A program made the translations under genes and the position numbers. From NCBI GenBank assembly GCA_017501225.1, contig JAFVXH010000007.1:13782-77781 (forward strand): 64,000 nt of DNA. Reading direction: 5' to 3'. Positions within the stretch are counted from its first letter, which is position 1, and the number at the start of each line of letters is the position of its first letter. The notes beneath the pieces are model-generated. The model saw nothing but the letters and a program-made list of their open reading frames with translations. It was not told the origin of the DNA and made no database searches. This DNA is from Clostridia bacterium (GTDB lineage: Bacteria; Bacillota; Clostridia; Oscillospirales; CAG-272). This document shows positions 16,297-26,678 of this stretch, piece after piece.

Positions 16297-19200
16297 TTCA
16301 AAATGACGTTTTCCTCGCCAAGCAGCGAGATCAATTCCTCTAATACATAGGGAGAAAGCGCAACGCCCACCGGCGTTTTGTCATATTCCCGATTGGATGC
16401 ATCGAAGAAAAATACCGGGAACTCTCCGTCAAACAGCCGAAGCAGATTTTCCGCCTTGCGGTAAAGCATTCCGCGCTTATCCGGCACACGCAGGAACAGT
16501 CTGCGTGCCTGCGCGATGGGAGCGGACGCCGAAGCTGGGGACAACGAAGGTGCGGCGGTTGCGTGTCCTCCTTCCCTTTCGGCTTCCTTTTGGGGAGCGG
16601 TTGCGACGAATCTGCCGTTTTCGATCAGAGCGTCCATGCTTTGCACCAAAATTTTCGGAGGCTCCTCGTCGCGCAGAGAAAGCGTTCCGATCACGCGGAC
16701 GCCGCTATCCACTCTGACAAGGTGCGAAAGGGACGCGCACTGCCGCGCAAACAGGATGCATTCGATCTCCGCCATGCGATCCTCGATGGTAAAGAACGCC
16801 ATACGCTCGCCGTTTTTGGTGTTTTTGAAGGTGACGCCCGTGATCATTCCGACCACCTCGACCCGCATCTTTTCGCTCACGTCGGCATCCTCGGACACCA
16901 GATCCGAGATCTGCTGCGGATGCAGGCTTGCGACGTGCTCGCTGTATTCATCCAGCATCTGCCCCGTAAAATACATCCCCGTGGCATCCTTTTCCATCAG
17001 GAGCTTTTCCCTGACCGAAAGCTCGGCAACATTCGGATATTGCACGTCCGCCAAAGGACGCTCAAAGCCGACGGTGGAGAACATATCCAGCTGTCCGTCC
17101 AGCTTGTTTTTTCCTTTTTCGATGGCGCGGTCGATCATAATTTCATACATGGCAAGCATCTGGGAGCGGTGCGCGCCAAGATTGTCAAAGGCGCCCGCCT
17201 TGATCAGCGACTCTACCATTCGCTTGTTCAGCTCGCCCGCCGGCATGCGCTCGATAAAGTCCTCAAAGGAGCGGAACGCCCCCTGCCTTCTCTCGTCAAA
17301 GATGCGCTCCAGGAACTGCTTGCCCACGTTTTTGACGGACAGAAGTCCGAATCGGATGCCGTTCCCGCTTACCGAGAAGTCCATGCGGCTTTCGTTGATG
17401 CTGGGCGGAAATACCCGCACACCGTAGGAAGCACTCTCGGAAATATACTTTGCCACCTTGATCTGGTCACCCAGGACGCTTGTCAGAAGCGCGGCAAAAT
17501 ACGCCTTGGGATAATGACATTTGAGATACGCCGTCCGATAAGAGATCAGCGCGTACGCCGCCGCGTGGGATTTGTTGAAGGCGTAGTTCGCAAAGCTCTC
17601 CATATCCAAAAAGAGCTGCTCCGCGACCGCTCTCTCCACACCGCGCTCGGCAGCCCCCGCAAGGAAGGCATCACGCTCGGAAAGCAGAACCGACGCCTTC
17701 TTTTTGGACATGGCGCGGCGTACCACGTCGGCATGTCCGAAGCTGTATCCGCCAAGCTCGCGGAAGATGCTCATGACCTGCTCCTGATACACGACGCACC
17801 CGTAGGTGGAGCGCAGGATCGGCTCGAGCAACGGCGTTGCGTACTGTACCTTTTCGGGATGATGACGGCACTCGATAAAGGTGGGAATGGAATCCATAGG
17901 ACCCGGGCGGTAGAGCGCGATCGCCGCGATGATATCGTCCAGTCGCTGCGGCATCAGATTGGTCAGCATCTGCCGCATGCCGTTGGATTCCAGCTGGAAG
18001 ATGCCCGACGTCTTTCCCGACGTGATCAGACGGTAGGTCGCCGCGTCATCCAAGGGGAGCGTACGAACGTCAAAATCGGGATGCTCCTCACGGATCAGGC
18101 GCTCGGCATCATCGATGATGGTAAGATACCGAAGCGCCAGAAAGTCGAACTTCAACAGTCCGAGGCGCGCCACGGTATCCATGTCAAACTGCGTCACGGG
18201 GGTGCCGTTGCTGACGGCAAGCGGCAGATGCTCGGTCGTCGGTCGGTCGGTGATCACCACGCCTGCTGCGTGCACCGAAACGTTACGCGGCATACCCTCA
18301 AGATCCATCGCAAGATCCACAAGGCGTCTGACCTGCTCCGAGCTCGCGTAAAGCTGCTTCAGCTCGGGCTGCTCCAGCGCCGCCTTGAGGGTGACGTTGA
18401 GCTCACGCGGAATGAGCTTGGAAACGCTGTCCACCTCCTGATAGGACATCCCGAGCGCGCGACCTACGTCCTTGATGGCGGCACGCGCGGCAAGAGTACC
18501 GAAGGTGATGATCTGCGACACGTGGTCGCTTCCGTATTTGCGCGTGACGTACCGGATAACCTCGTCACGGCGGTTGTAGCAAAAATCGATATCGATATCG
18601 GGCATGCTGACGCGCTCGGGATTGAGAAATCGCTCAAAGAGCAATTCAAAGCGAATGGAATCGACGTCGGTAATGCCGAGCAGGTACGCCACAAGACTCC
18701 CCGCGCCCGATCCACGCCCGGGGCCGACGGGAATGCCGTTGCTTTTTGCGAAGGCAACGTAGTCCTGTACGATCAGAAAATAATCGGCGTATCCCATCTG
18801 CTCGATGACACCAAGCTCGTACGCCATGCGCTCCAGGTATTCCTCCCTGGGATGTCCGTCCGTAAAGACGATCTCGCCAGACCTTTCGCGGCGGGCAAGC
18901 CCCTCCTCGGCAAGACGGCGCAGACAGATCGGCGCACTCTCCCCGTCGGGGCATGGGAATTTGGGCAGATACGTGGTGGAAAAATCGAACTCCACGTTAC
19001 ATCTTTCCGCGATCCTTGCCGTGTTGGCAATGGCTTCGGGATAAGCGCGGAAGATCATTTCCATCTCGTTCGTGTCCTTGATATAAAGCTCGTCCGTCGA
19101 GAACGCGGCAGGACGGCCCGCATCCACCGTGGTATTGGTCTGAATGCACATCAGCACCGCCTGCGTATTTGCGTCCTTGCGGCGCAGATAGTGACAGTCG

Positions 19201-19814
19201 TTGGTGGCAACCAACGGAAGATCGCATTCCTGTGCGACACGGACGAGCGACGGCAGAATCGCTCTCTGCTCCGCCATGCCGTGATCCTGTAGCTCAATAT
19301 AAAAATTGTCCTTGCCAAAGATCTCCGCATAGGTGCGTGCCGTTGCCTTGGCGGCGGCAAAATCACCCTTGGAGAGAAGGCGCGGGATCCTGCCTCCCAG
19401 GCAAGCGGAAAGCGCGATCAAGCCCTTCGCGTGTTTGCGCAAAAGCTCCTCATCCACGCGCGGACGGTTGTAAAAGCCCTCTAAGAAGCCTGCGGAAACC
19501 ATGGCGGTCAGATTGCGGTAGCCTTCCATATCCTTGCAAAGAAGCACCAGATGGTCGGCATATCCGTCACCGCCGACGCTCTTATCAAAGCGGGACTCGG
19601 GTGCTACGTAGACCTCGCAGCCGATGATGGGATGAATGCCCGCCGCACGGCAAGCCTGATCAAACGCCACAACGCCGTACATCGCGCCGTGGTCGGTGAT
19701 AGCGACTGCCTCCTGCCCGCATTCCTTGATGCGCGCAGGGATCTCGGAGATGCGGCAAGCACCGTCCAAAAGGCTGTATTCGGTGTGTAGATGCAGATGC
19801 ACAAATCCGTTCAT
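16293..19814 (-). CDS. dnaE: DNA polymerase III alpha subunit
   Basis: 1173 aa. PHP domain FVHLHLHTEYSLLDGA, polymerase core, OB-fold C-terminus. RBS AAGGAG. Confidence 0.97.
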   Translation of the reverse strand: MNGFVHLHLHTEYSLLDGACRISEIPARIKECGQEAVAITDHGAMYGVVAFDQACRAAGIHPIIGCEVYVAPESRFDKSVGGDGYADHLVLLCKDMEGYRNLTAMVSAGFLEGFYNRPRVDEELLRKHAKGLIALSACLGGRIPRLLSKGDFAAAKATARTYAEIFGKDNFYIELQDHGMAEQRAILPSLVRVAQECDLPLVATNDCHYLRRKDANTQAVLMCIQTNTTVDAGRPAAFSTDELYIKDTNEMEMIFRAYPEAIANTARIAERCNVEFDFSTTYLPKFPCPDGESAPICLRRLAEEGLARRERSGEIVFTDGHPREEYLERMAYELGVIEQMGYADYFLIVQDYVAFAKSNGIPVGPGRGSGAGSLVAYLLGITDVDSIRFELLFERFLNPERVSMPDIDIDFCYNRRDEVIRYVTRKYGSDHVSQIITFGTLAARAAIKDVGRALGMSYQEVDSVSKLIPRELNVTLKAALEQPELKQLYASSEQVRRLVDLAMDLEGMPRNVSVHAAGVVITDRPTTEHLPLAVSNGTPVTQFDMDTVARLGLLKFDFLALRYLTIIDDAERLIREEHPDFDVRTLPLDDAATYRLITSGKTSGIFQLESNGMRQMLTNLMPQRLDDIIAAIALYRPGPMDSIPTFIECRHHPEKVQYATPLLEPILRSTYGCVVYQEQVMSIFRELGGYSFGHADVVRRAMSKKKASVLLSERDAFLAGAAERGVERAVAEQLFLDMESFANYAFNKSHAAAYALISYRTAYLKCHYPKAYFAALLTSVLGDQIKVAKYISESASYGVRVFPPSINESRMDFSVSGNGIRFGLLSVKNVGKQFLERIFDERRQGAFRSFEDFIERMPAGELNKRMVESLIKAGAFDNLGAHRSQMLAMYEIMIDRAIEKGKNKLDGQLDMFSTVGFERPLADVQYPNVAELSVREKLLMEKDATGMYFTGQMLDEYSEHVASLHPQQISDLVSEDADVSEKMRVEVVGMITGVTFKNTKNGERMAFFTIEDRMAEIECILFARQCASLSHLVRVDSGVRVIGTLSLRDEEPPKILVQSMDALIENGRFVATAPQKEAEREGGHATAAPSLSPASASAPIAQARRLFLRVPDKRGMLYRKAENLLRLFDGEFPVFFFDASNREYDKTPVGVALSPYVLEELISLLGEENVILK

Positions 19815-19824
19815 GCGCTTCTCC

Positions 19825-20712
19825 TTAAAGGTCCTTTGCCGCTTCGATCAGTCGTTGCAAGCGGTGATTCAGACCGGATTTTGAAATGGTCGGACAGTGA
19901 AGGAGCGTCAGCTCGTCCAGTGTCGCATCGGGATGCTGATAACGCAGCTCTGCCGTCGTGCGCAGTGCCTCGTCAAGCGAGAGCAGCTTACCCGTTTCCA
20001 TCAGCTTGTCGATCGCCTCCATCTGACGCGTGGCAGCGGAGATCGATTTCTCAATATTTTTTGCCACACAATTGGTGGCGCGGTTTTCATTGTTTCGGAT
20101 ATCCCGCTCGATACGGCTGTTCATCACCTCAAAGATCAGGTGATGCGCACCCATCATGGTGATGAGCTCCTCGATCGAGGAGCTGTCCTTGTAATACAGA
20201 CCGATCTTCCCCTCTCGCACCGTTCTGCGCGCGGGATAGCCGGCTAGCTCCAGAACGCAGGCAAGGGTATGCTCTGCCCCACTGTTCGTCACGGAGAATT
20301 CCAGATGGAAGGACTTGTGCGGATCGCTGACCGTTCCGCAGGAGAGGAACGCGCCGCGCAGAAAATGCGCAAGGCAGCCCTCGCACACCGCTTTGACGCA
20401 GCACGCCTGCCCGTCGCCGGCACTCTGCAGAGTGCGTACCAGCTTGGCGGCAGCAGAGGAGGAAAAGGAAAGATCCCAATAGCGGCGTCCGTGCGCGCCC
20501 GATTGCACCACTTGCGGTTCGCAGGCAAACAGGGTGTGGATCTGCTCGCATGCCATCGTCGCACACTCCTGCTCCGTCAGGCGGAAGGAAACCTGCTTTG
20601 CTCCCTCTGCCACAGCCCCTAACAAAAGACCTTGGAGCAGCGCCTTGCGACAGCACGGCCGCTTGACGGGTAAGAGCGCAAGCTCGCGCCGCAGCTCGTT
20701 TGCAAATGACAT
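19825..20712 (-). CDS. whiA: DNA-binding protein WhiA
   Basis: MSFANELRRELALLPVKRPCCRKALLQGLLL..., LAGLIDADG-like degenerate domains and a C-terminal HTH (...LDELTLLHCPTISKSGLNHRLQRL). ATG 20712 lies 8 nt after AGGAGG. Confidence 0.9.
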   Translation of the reverse strand: MSFANELRRELALLPVKRPCCRKALLQGLLLGAVAEGAKQVSFRLTEQECATMACEQIHTLFACEPQVVQSGAHGRRYWDLSFSSSAAAKLVRTLQSAGDGQACCVKAVCEGCLAHFLRGAFLSCGTVSDPHKSFHLEFSVTNSGAEHTLACVLELAGYPARRTVREGKIGLYYKDSSSIEELITMMGAHHLIFEVMNSRIERDIRNNENRATNCVAKNIEKSISAATRQMEAIDKLMETGKLLSLDEALRTTAELRYQHPDATLDELTLLHCPTISKSGLNHRLQRLIEAAKDL

Positions 20713-20752
20713 TTCCTTCACCTCCTATGAATGCCGATACGGCATCCCGTGT

Positions 20753-21649
20753 TTATAAAAATCGAATTTCACACTCAAGTGTAACGCCCGCTTGTGTCAG
20801 TACGGTTTTTCTGATATGCTCCACCAGGCGACGGACGTCGGCGGCGCTTGCGTTTCCTCTGTTGACGATAAAGCCCGCGTGCTTGACGGACACCTCGGCG
20901 TCGCCGATGCGATATCCCTTCAGACCGCAATCCTCGATCAATTTTCCCGCATAATTCCCCACGGGACGCTTGAATACGCTCCCCGCGCTCGGAAGCTCCA
21001 AGGGCTGGGACGTCCTTCTACGCGATGCAAGCTCCTCCATTTTAGCGCGGATCTCGGCGGGATCGGCAGGGGTCAGCGCAAGACGTGCGCCAAGGATCAC
21101 CCACTGCGGGTGATCGGTATAGATACTGCTTCGCACAGAGAATCGCTGCGCCTCCCCACGCAAGGTAATGACCGTTTCCGTGTCGGAATCAAAATACTCC
21201 GAGCAGATACACACGTCCGACACCGAGGAGCCGTACGCGCCCGCGTTCATAAAGACCGCACCGCCAAGGCTACCCGGAATTCCGTGCAGAAACTCCGCGC
21301 CGCCAAGGCTTGATTCCAAGGCATAGGTGGCAAGACGCACAAGAGGAACACCCGCGTCGGCAAGGATCTCGTCGCCTTCCCTCGTCATTTTGCGGCACCC
21401 CTCGGTAAAGATCACAGCCCCCGTAAAGCCTTCGTCCGAAAAGACGACGTTGCTCCCCTTCCCGATCACAAGATACGGGATCTCCGAGGCGCGGATCAGC
21501 GTCAGGACTTTCGTAAGCTGCTCGCGATTCTGCGGAAAGATGCCGAGATCTGCGCATCCTCCGATGCGAAAGCTGCTGTGCTTTTTCAAATCGCAATCCG
21601 TCTGACACGGGATGCCGAGCGCGTCCAGCGCTCTTTGCAAATTTCTCAT
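20753..21649 (-). CDS. murB: UDP-N-acetylenolpyruvoylglucosamine reductase
   Basis: ...KKHSSFRIGGCADL...YLVIGKGSNVVFSDEGF...GIPGSLGGAVFMNAGAYG...; alternative upstream ATG at 21670. Confidence 0.9.
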   Translation of the reverse strand: MRNLQRALDALGIPCQTDCDLKKHSSFRIGGCADLGIFPQNREQLTKVLTLIRASEIPYLVIGKGSNVVFSDEGFTGAVIFTEGCRKMTREGDEILADAGVPLVRLATYALESSLGGAEFLHGIPGSLGGAVFMNAGAYGSSVSDVCICSEYFDSDTETVITLRGEAQRFSVRSSIYTDHPQWVILGARLALTPADPAEIRAKMEELASRRRTSQPLELPSAGSVFKRPVGNYAGKLIEDCGLKGYRIGDAEVSVKHAGFIVNRGNASAADVRRLVEHIRKTVLTQAGVTLECEIRFL

Positions 21650-21749
21650 CGCATTCCCTCCCATCCGCATTCGACACTTCTTCTATTCTATTATACTCTC
21701 GTTTTGTAAAAATTGCAATACGAAAAGAGCGAAAAAAGAGCATTACCCC

Positions 21750-21778
21750 TTGCAAATACCGAAAAAAAGAGGTATAAT
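21750..21778 (+). promoter_or_regulatory. sigma-A type promoter for coaE
   Basis: TTGCAA (21750-21755), 17 nt, TATAAT (21773-21778). Confidence 0.55.
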
Positions 21779-21846
21779 TAAGATGTATAATTGTTTTTTG
21801 GGTAAAACCGTTGTATTTTACGTTACTGTGAGAGGAGGGCGTCCTG

Positions 21847-22467
21847 ATGGCCGCACAACAAAAGATGCTGACAATCGGACTGACAGGACCTACGGGCGCC
21901 GGAAAGGGCGAGGTCGCAAGGATCCTTGATGTTTTGGGGGTTCCCGTGCTGGACGCGGACAGGATCTATCACGAGCTCTTACTCCCCCCCTCCCCATGCC
22001 TTGATGCCATCGTTGCCGCATTCGGCACGTCCGTGCTGGCACAAAACGGAACGCTTCTGCGCCCCGCGCTTCGAAGGATCGTCTTTTCCGATAAAAGCGC
22101 GCTCGCGACACTCAACCGCATCTCGCATCGCTTTGTGATGGAGGAGGTGCGCGCGCGCCTTGCCGAGCTGGAGCAGAGAGGAGCTCCCGCCGCCGTTCTG
22201 GATGCGCCGCAGCTCTTTGAGGCAGGAGCGGATGCCGATTGCCATGCCGTGATCGCGGTCTTAGCCCCCACCGAGCTTCGCGTCCGTCGCATCATGGAGC
22301 GCGATCGGATCGACGCCTCCACAGCGATGTCCCGCATCTTAGCACAAAAGAGTGATGACTTTTTCCGCGCGCATGCGGACACCGTCATTGAGAATACGGG
22401 CGACCTTGAGGATCTGAAAAAAGCGACTCTTGCGGCTTGGAAGCAGCTTACGGAGGGAAGCCTATGA
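21847..22467 (+). CDS. coaE: dephospho-CoA kinase
   Basis: LTIGLTGPTGAGKGEV P-loop, ...VLDAPQLFEAG.... RBS GGAGGG. Confidence 0.9.
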   Translation: MAAQQKMLTIGLTGPTGAGKGEVARILDVLGVPVLDADRIYHELLLPPSPCLDAIVAAFGTSVLAQNGTLLRPALRRIVFSDKSALATLNRISHRFVMEEVRARLAELEQRGAPAAVLDAPQLFEAGADADCHAVIAVLAPTELRVRRIMERDRIDASTAMSRILAQKSDDFFRAHADTVIENTGDLEDLKKATLAAWKQLTEGSL

Positions 22468-23045
22468 AATGGAATATTTACCGCGTGCTGGCGCTCATTC
22501 TGCTCGTTCCCCTCTCCATCGGCTTCGGCTTTGCCTTTGACGGAACGGCAACCGCAATCGAGCGCGCAACGCATCCGCGCGAAGAAGCGATCGCGCCGTT
22601 GGTCAAGGAGTACAGCGCGCAGTGCGCCCTGCCCGAGCATATTCTGTGGGCAACGGTCCTTACCTGCAGTGACTTTGTCAGCAACGCCGTATCGACGGAC
22701 GGACGCGTAGGTCTTATGCAGATCAAGCCCGAAACCTACGCGTTCATCTGCACTGAGATCCGTGGAGGAGAGGCACAGGACGCAGGACTTCTCTATGAGC
22801 CCAAGACCAATCTGTTGGCAGGTGCTGAGTGGCTTTCCTACCTCTATCAGCGCTACGGCGTCTGGGAAACGGCATACGCCGCTTACTACGCAGGCACCGA
22901 CACGGTGGACGCGTGGCTTGCGGACGAGTCGCTCCGCACCCCCTTGGGTACCATCCGCGAGATTCCCGACAAGTCCTGCCGAGTCTTTGTCAAGGATCTT
23001 TGCGACGCGGTCGAGATGTACGCAAAGCTTTATTACCAATCGTAA
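22464..23045 (+). CDS. lytic transglycosylase (SLT domain) with N-terminal signal/TM
   Basis: MKWNIYRVLALILLVPLSIGFG..., ...SDFVSNAVSTDGRVGLMQIKPETY...AYYAGTDTV.... The ATG at 22464 overlaps the coaE stop as ATGA. Confidence 0.8.
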   Translation: MKWNIYRVLALILLVPLSIGFGFAFDGTATAIERATHPREEAIAPLVKEYSAQCALPEHILWATVLTCSDFVSNAVSTDGRVGLMQIKPETYAFICTEIRGGEAQDAGLLYEPKTNLLAGAEWLSYLYQRYGVWETAYAAYYAGTDTVDAWLADESLRTPLGTIREIPDKSCRVFVKDLCDAVEMYAKLYYQS

Positions 23046-23077
23046 AATCAAAGTTCAAATAAGAAGGAGAATCAATC

Positions 23078-24454
23078 ATGTCCGAAAGAAGCAATTTGCT
23101 TTACAAAAAGCAGACCGTTTATGAAAAAGCGGGAAAAGAGATCGTAGAAAAAGCATACGAATACGCCAAGGGCTACGTCGCGTATCTGGATGCCTCCAAG
23201 ACCGAGCGCGAGGCGGTACAGGTCAGCCAGAGGATGGCAGAGGCGGCAGGATACCGTCCTTATCATTTCGGTGACCCTATGAAGGCAGGCGATAAATTCT
23301 ATTACAACAACCGCAGCAAGAATATCTTTCTGTTCCGCGTAGGCAGCGAGGATATCAACAACGGCATCCGCATCACCGCCGCGCACATCGACTCCCCAAG
23401 ACTTGATCTGAAGCAGGTCCCCCTTTACGAGGACAACGGCATGTGCTACCTCAAGACTCACTATTACGGCGGGATCCGCAAGTATCAGTGGCTCGCGCTC
23501 CCCCTGTCTCTCCACGGCGTGGTCGTCAAGCAGGACGGCGAGGTCGTTGACGTGGTCATCGGTGAGAACGAAAGCGATCCCGTGCTGTATATTACCGACC
23601 TCCTTCCCCACCTTGCCGCCGCGGAAAATCAAAAGACCGTCGGCACGGCATTTGTGGGTGAGAAGCTCAACATCCTGGTCGGCAGCCGTCCTCTTGAGGG
23701 CGAGGAAAAGGACGCCATCAAGCTGGGCGTTCTCCAATATCTCAACGATACCTACGGCCTGATCGAGGAGGACTTCCTCTCCGCAGAGCTTTGCCTCGTT
23801 CCCGCCGCACGTGCGCGTGACGTCGGCTTTGACCGCTCCATGATCTGCGGATACGGACATGACGACCGCGTCTGCGCGTATCCCTCCCTGACCGCGATCA
23901 TCGATGCCGATGAGTCCGTCCACACCACCATGTGCCTGCTGGTCGATAAGGAAGAAACCGGCAGCGACGGCGTTACGGGCATGCAGAGCAGCCTGATCAC
24001 CGACATCATCACCGAGATCGCAAAGGCAATGGGTGGAAACGAAGCGCTCGTACGCGCAAACTCCAAGTGCCTTTCCAGCGACGTAGCCGCCGTTTACGAT
24101 CCCAACTTTGCGGACGTATACGAGCACCGCAACTCCGCACTCATCAGCTGCGGCGTCGGCATGTGCAAGTTCACGGGCTCGCGCGGTAAGGGCGGAACCT
24201 CGGATGCCAACGCGGAGCTGGTCGCATGGGTGCGCAGATGCCTGAATGAGGCAGGCGTGGTCTGGCAGACCTGCGAGCTCGGTAAGGTAGACGCGGGCGG
24301 TGGCGGAACCATCGCAAAGTATATGGCAAACCACAACATCGACACGGTAGACCTCGGCGTGGGCGTTCTCTCCATGCACGCACCCTACGAGGTGGTATCC
24401 AAGGTCGATCTGTACGAGGCGTACCGCGCATTCGTAGCATTCTACCACTTCTGA
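23078..24454 (+). CDS. M18 family aminopeptidase
   Basis: 458 aa. ...ITAAHIDSPRLDLKQVPLYED...LKTHYYGGIRKYQW...GYGHDDRVCAY...LVDKEETGSDG...SMHAPYE. Confidence 0.85.
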   Translation: MSERSNLLYKKQTVYEKAGKEIVEKAYEYAKGYVAYLDASKTEREAVQVSQRMAEAAGYRPYHFGDPMKAGDKFYYNNRSKNIFLFRVGSEDINNGIRITAAHIDSPRLDLKQVPLYEDNGMCYLKTHYYGGIRKYQWLALPLSLHGVVVKQDGEVVDVVIGENESDPVLYITDLLPHLAAAENQKTVGTAFVGEKLNILVGSRPLEGEEKDAIKLGVLQYLNDTYGLIEEDFLSAELCLVPAARARDVGFDRSMICGYGHDDRVCAYPSLTAIIDADESVHTTMCLLVDKEETGSDGVTGMQSSLITDIITEIAKAMGGNEALVRANSKCLSSDVAAVYDPNFADVYEHRNSALISCGVGMCKFTGSRGKGGTSDANAELVAWVRRCLNEAGVVWQTCELGKVDAGGGGTIAKYMANHNIDTVDLGVGVLSMHAPYEVVSKVDLYEAYRAFVAFYHF

Positions 24455-24496
24455 TTCCCAAAAAAGCTAAAATTTGACGGAAAGGAGGCCTTGCAT

Positions 24497-25579
24497 ATGT
24501 TAAACAAGCTACAGCAGGCAGAGGAAAGCTATCTGCACTTAGAGGCCTCGCTTTCCTCTCCCGAGATCATGAGCAACCCCACAAGGTGTGCCGCGATCAT
24601 GAAGGAATACAAATCCCTGACCCCCGTGATTGAAAAATACCGCGCCTATCTGCAGACACAAAAGGAGATCGACGACGCGCTTTCTCTCCTTTCGGAGGGG
24701 GGCGATACCGAGCTGCGCGCGCTTGCGAGTGAGGAATTGAAGCTCGCCAAGGAGCGGGCTGAGGTTTTGATGCAGGAGCTGACCGTCCTGATGCTTCCCA
24801 AGGATCCAAACGATGAAAAAAACGTCATCATGGAGATCCGCGCGGGTGCGGGCGGCGAGGAGGCTGCGCTCTTTGCGGCGGTTCTGTACCGCATGTATAC
24901 CATGTATGCCGCATCGGCAGGCTTTCGGACCTCGGTGCTGAACCAAAACGAAACCGAGCTTGGCGGCTACCGTCAGATCGCGTTTTTAGTGGAGGGTGAG
25001 GGCGCTTACTCACGCCTGAAATTCGAGAGCGGTGTGCACCGCGTCCAAAGGGTACCCGAAACCGAATCGCAGGGTAGAATTCAGACCTCAACGGCAACCG
25101 TTGCCGTCCTCCCGGAGGCGGAGGAGGTCTCGGTCGAGATCAACCCCGCGGATCTGATCTTTGAATCCTGCAAATCCAGCGGTGCCGGCGGTCAGCACAT
25201 CAACAAGACCGAATCTGCCGTGCGCCTGACACACAAGCCCACGGGCATCGTTGTGGAATGTCAGGAGGAGCGCAGTCAGTTCAAAAACAAGGACAAGGCG
25301 TTGCGCATGCTTCGCTCGATCCTCTACGACCAAAAGGAGCGCGAGAAAAACGAGCAGATCTCCTCGGAGCGTCGCCAGCAGGTCGGCACGGGAGATCGCA
25401 GCGAGCGCATCCGCACCTACAACTATCCCCAGGGACGCATCACCGACCATCGCATCGGTCTTACGCTTTATTCTCTTGAAAAATTCCTCGACGGTGAGAT
25501 CGATGTCATGCTTGACGCACTCGCCACCGCGGAAACCGCCGAAAAGCTCAAGGCTCAAGGCGCAAACGAAACTTTGTAA
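24497..25579 (+). CDS. prfA: peptide chain release factor 1
   Basis: PET (PxT) tripeptide in QRVPETESQGRIQTSTATV. GGQ motif in SSGAGGQHINKTESAVRL. The ATG at 24497 lies 7 nt after AAGGAGG. Confidence 0.95.
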   Translation: MLNKLQQAEESYLHLEASLSSPEIMSNPTRCAAIMKEYKSLTPVIEKYRAYLQTQKEIDDALSLLSEGGDTELRALASEELKLAKERAEVLMQELTVLMLPKDPNDEKNVIMEIRAGAGGEEAALFAAVLYRMYTMYAASAGFRTSVLNQNETELGGYRQIAFLVEGEGAYSRLKFESGVHRVQRVPETESQGRIQTSTATVAVLPEAEEVSVEINPADLIFESCKSSGAGGQHINKTESAVRLTHKPTGIVVECQEERSQFKNKDKALRMLRSILYDQKEREKNEQISSERRQQVGTGDRSERIRTYNYPQGRITDHRIGLTLYSLEKFLDGEIDVMLDALATAETAEKLKAQGANETL

Positions 25580-25591
25580 ACAGGTGATATC

Positions 25592-26632
25592 TTGAATACG
25601 GAACTCATCAAAATCACAGACCCCGAGGCGCAGGAGTCCAAGCTGACACGCGCCGCACACGTCCTGCGTGCGGGCGGGCTCGTCGCCTTCCCCACCGAAA
25701 CGGTCTACGGCCTTGGCGGTAACGCCACCGACGACAGTGCCGCAAAAAAGATCTACGCGGCAAAGGGGCGTCCCTCGGACAACCCCCTCATCATTCATAT
25801 TGCCGATCCTGCGGATGCGGCAAATTATGCATACGTAAACGGTACTTATCTCGCCTTGGCAAAGGCGTTTATGCCGGGACCCCTGACGGTAGTTCTGCCC
25901 AAAAAGGACTGTATCCCCGCATCGGTTACGGGAGGACTTGACACCGTAGCGGTGCGCTGTCCCTCTCATCCCGTCGCGCGCAAGCTCATCGCGCTTTGCG
26001 GCTTCCCCATCGCCGCCCCCTCGGCAAACCGATCGGGAAAGCCCTCCCCCACCACGGCATCTCACGTGCATGAGGATATGGACGGACGGATCGGTTTGAT
26101 CCTGGACGGCGGTGAGTGCGAGATCGGTCTGGAATCCACCATCGTAAAAATTGACGCGGACGGAGGTCTTACCTTGCTTCGTCCGGGTGCTGTAACCTAC
26201 GACGCGCTTTGCATGATCTCCGACAAGGTCAGAGTCGCGGATGCCGTGACCCGTCAGCTTGCCGAAAACGAGCGTCCCCTCTCCCCCGGTATGAAATACC
26301 GCCACTACGCCCCCACGGCTCCCTTGGTGCTGCTGTCGGGCAAGGCGGAGCGCGTGCTCGCCTTTTTACAAAACGAGCAAGCAACGCGCAGGTGCGCCAT
26401 TCTTTGCTATACGGAGGATGCGGAGCACTTGGAAAAAACCGATCTGTTCCCCATCGGCGGGCGCGAGGATCTTCCGACGCAGGCAAAGCAGCTGTTTGAC
26501 GCTCTGCGACGCGCGGATCACACCGACGCCGAGATCATCTATGCGCCCATGCCCCCAAAGGACGGGCTTGGCTTAGCGCTTTATAACCGCATGATCCGCG
26601 CCGCGGCGCATACGGTCAAGGAAATTTTGTAA
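25592..26632 (+). CDS. tsaC: L-threonylcarbamoyladenylate synthase (Sua5/YwlC type, YrdC plus Sua5 domains)
   Basis: ...GGLVAFPTETVYGLGGNA...KIYAAKGRPSDNPLIIHI...APSANRSGKPSPT.... TTG start after AGGTGA. Confidence 0.9.
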   Translation: MNTELIKITDPEAQESKLTRAAHVLRAGGLVAFPTETVYGLGGNATDDSAAKKIYAAKGRPSDNPLIIHIADPADAANYAYVNGTYLALAKAFMPGPLTVVLPKKDCIPASVTGGLDTVAVRCPSHPVARKLIALCGFPIAAPSANRSGKPSPTTASHVHEDMDGRIGLILDGGECEIGLESTIVKIDADGGLTLLRPGAVTYDALCMISDKVRVADAVTRQLAENERPLSPGMKYRHYAPTAPLVLLSGKAERVLAFLQNEQATRRCAILCYTEDAEHLEKTDLFPIGGREDLPTQAKQLFDALRRADHTDAEIIYAPMPPKDGLGLALYNRMIRAAAHTVKEIL

Positions 26633-26678
26633 ATCACTCCGATACTTTCAAAGACAGAAGAAAGGATTTCGAATACAG

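Noticed and set aside
25579-25592. There is no prmC (release-factor methyltransferase) between prfA and sua5, although that order is common in Bacillota.
   Set aside because: Gene-order variation is common, and prmC may sit elsewhere in the genome. Nothing can be tested within this window.
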